A DNA stretch of 64,000 bases from Lepidodermella squamata. Lineage: Eukaryota; Animalia; Gastrotricha. Made by a program: the position numbers and the translations under genes. Positions 63,353-64,000 of this stretch are shown here, in pieces. The notes under the pieces were generated by a model. The model made no database searches. It was not told the origin of the DNA and worked only from the letters and a program-made list of their open reading frames with translations. The stretch covers positions 310,001-374,000 of the forward strand of contig JBLDXI010000002.1 in assembly GCA_047495785.1 (NCBI GenBank), read 5' to 3'. Position 1 is the first letter of the stretch; every line of letters begins with the position of its first letter.

Positions 63353-64000
63353 AATCGCTTCAGCTTGGAAATATATCTGCCGTAGGAGGACCAGCATTTT
63401 CATCTTCCTCGCTTTCGATCCTGTAAATAACAATGTTTATAGTTCATTTACGCCTGATGTTATTCATTGCTGCTTATTCATGTGTAAATTTTCTCTAACA
63501 AATCAAAAGGTCGGCTCAATTTTATTTCTTTTCGTTGTATTTTTGTAAACACATATCGAAGTGAGAGAAATTAAAGACGACCTTGTTTGAATAACATGGA
63601 ACCTGTTGACAATTTCCTCTCCGAAAGCATCGAGCGTACATCGGTTTTGTTTCACGACTATTTGCTTTTCTGAAGTTCACGCGCATCAAAAGTTGCGGAT
63701 GAATAAAAAATGAATGATCATTTTCTCCTTTAAAATGAATTTGAAAAAAAATCCAGAACAGATTTTCGAAGAGGGTATTGAAGGCAGCGATGTTGACGAG
63801 AGTTCCTTTTGGCCTCCACGAGGTCATGAAAGCTCTTTAAGTCACCAGAATCTCATCTATTGGTATTGAAAAGAATGAAATCCTAAACAGAACTAAATAT
63901 TGAGATTTATTTATACAAAAATGATTGAAACACCAAAGGATAGTCTTCAACGTCGACCGGGTATAGGCAATCGGGGAGCTGCGAGCGGCGCCATGGTGCC

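Overview
Eukaryotic (invertebrate metazoan-type) genomic DNA with spliceosomal introns, in two contrasting halves. Bases 1 to ~37 kb are very compact, with mostly 35-55 nt introns and tiny intergenic gaps. They hold (i) the 5' 11 kb of a giant minus-strand secreted/surface protein gene (at least 8 C-type lectin domains plus LamG-like, WSC and PKD domains; polycystin-1-like), (ii) a DDC-like aromatic amino acid decarboxylase whose catalytic-loop Tyr (human DDC Y332) is replaced by Leu, flanked by four orphan single-pass membrane protein genes, (iii) two tandem CYP2-clan P450 genes, one interrupted by a 301-bp MITE, with relics showing that the whole DDC-to-LamG block was once duplicated, and (iv) a tandem family of LamG/pentraxin-like-EGF-GPI genes packed like an operon. 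From ~37 to 64 kb the DNA is AT-rich, with kb-sized, MITE-filled introns. It holds three paralogous secreted galaxin-like (Cys-Cys module) proteins with long Gln/Pro/Asn low-complexity regions and a TENT5/FAM46 poly(A) polymerase embedded among them. No rRNA, tRNA or CRISPR was recognised. Gene models were spliced by eye; family assignments come from remembered motifs, not database searches.
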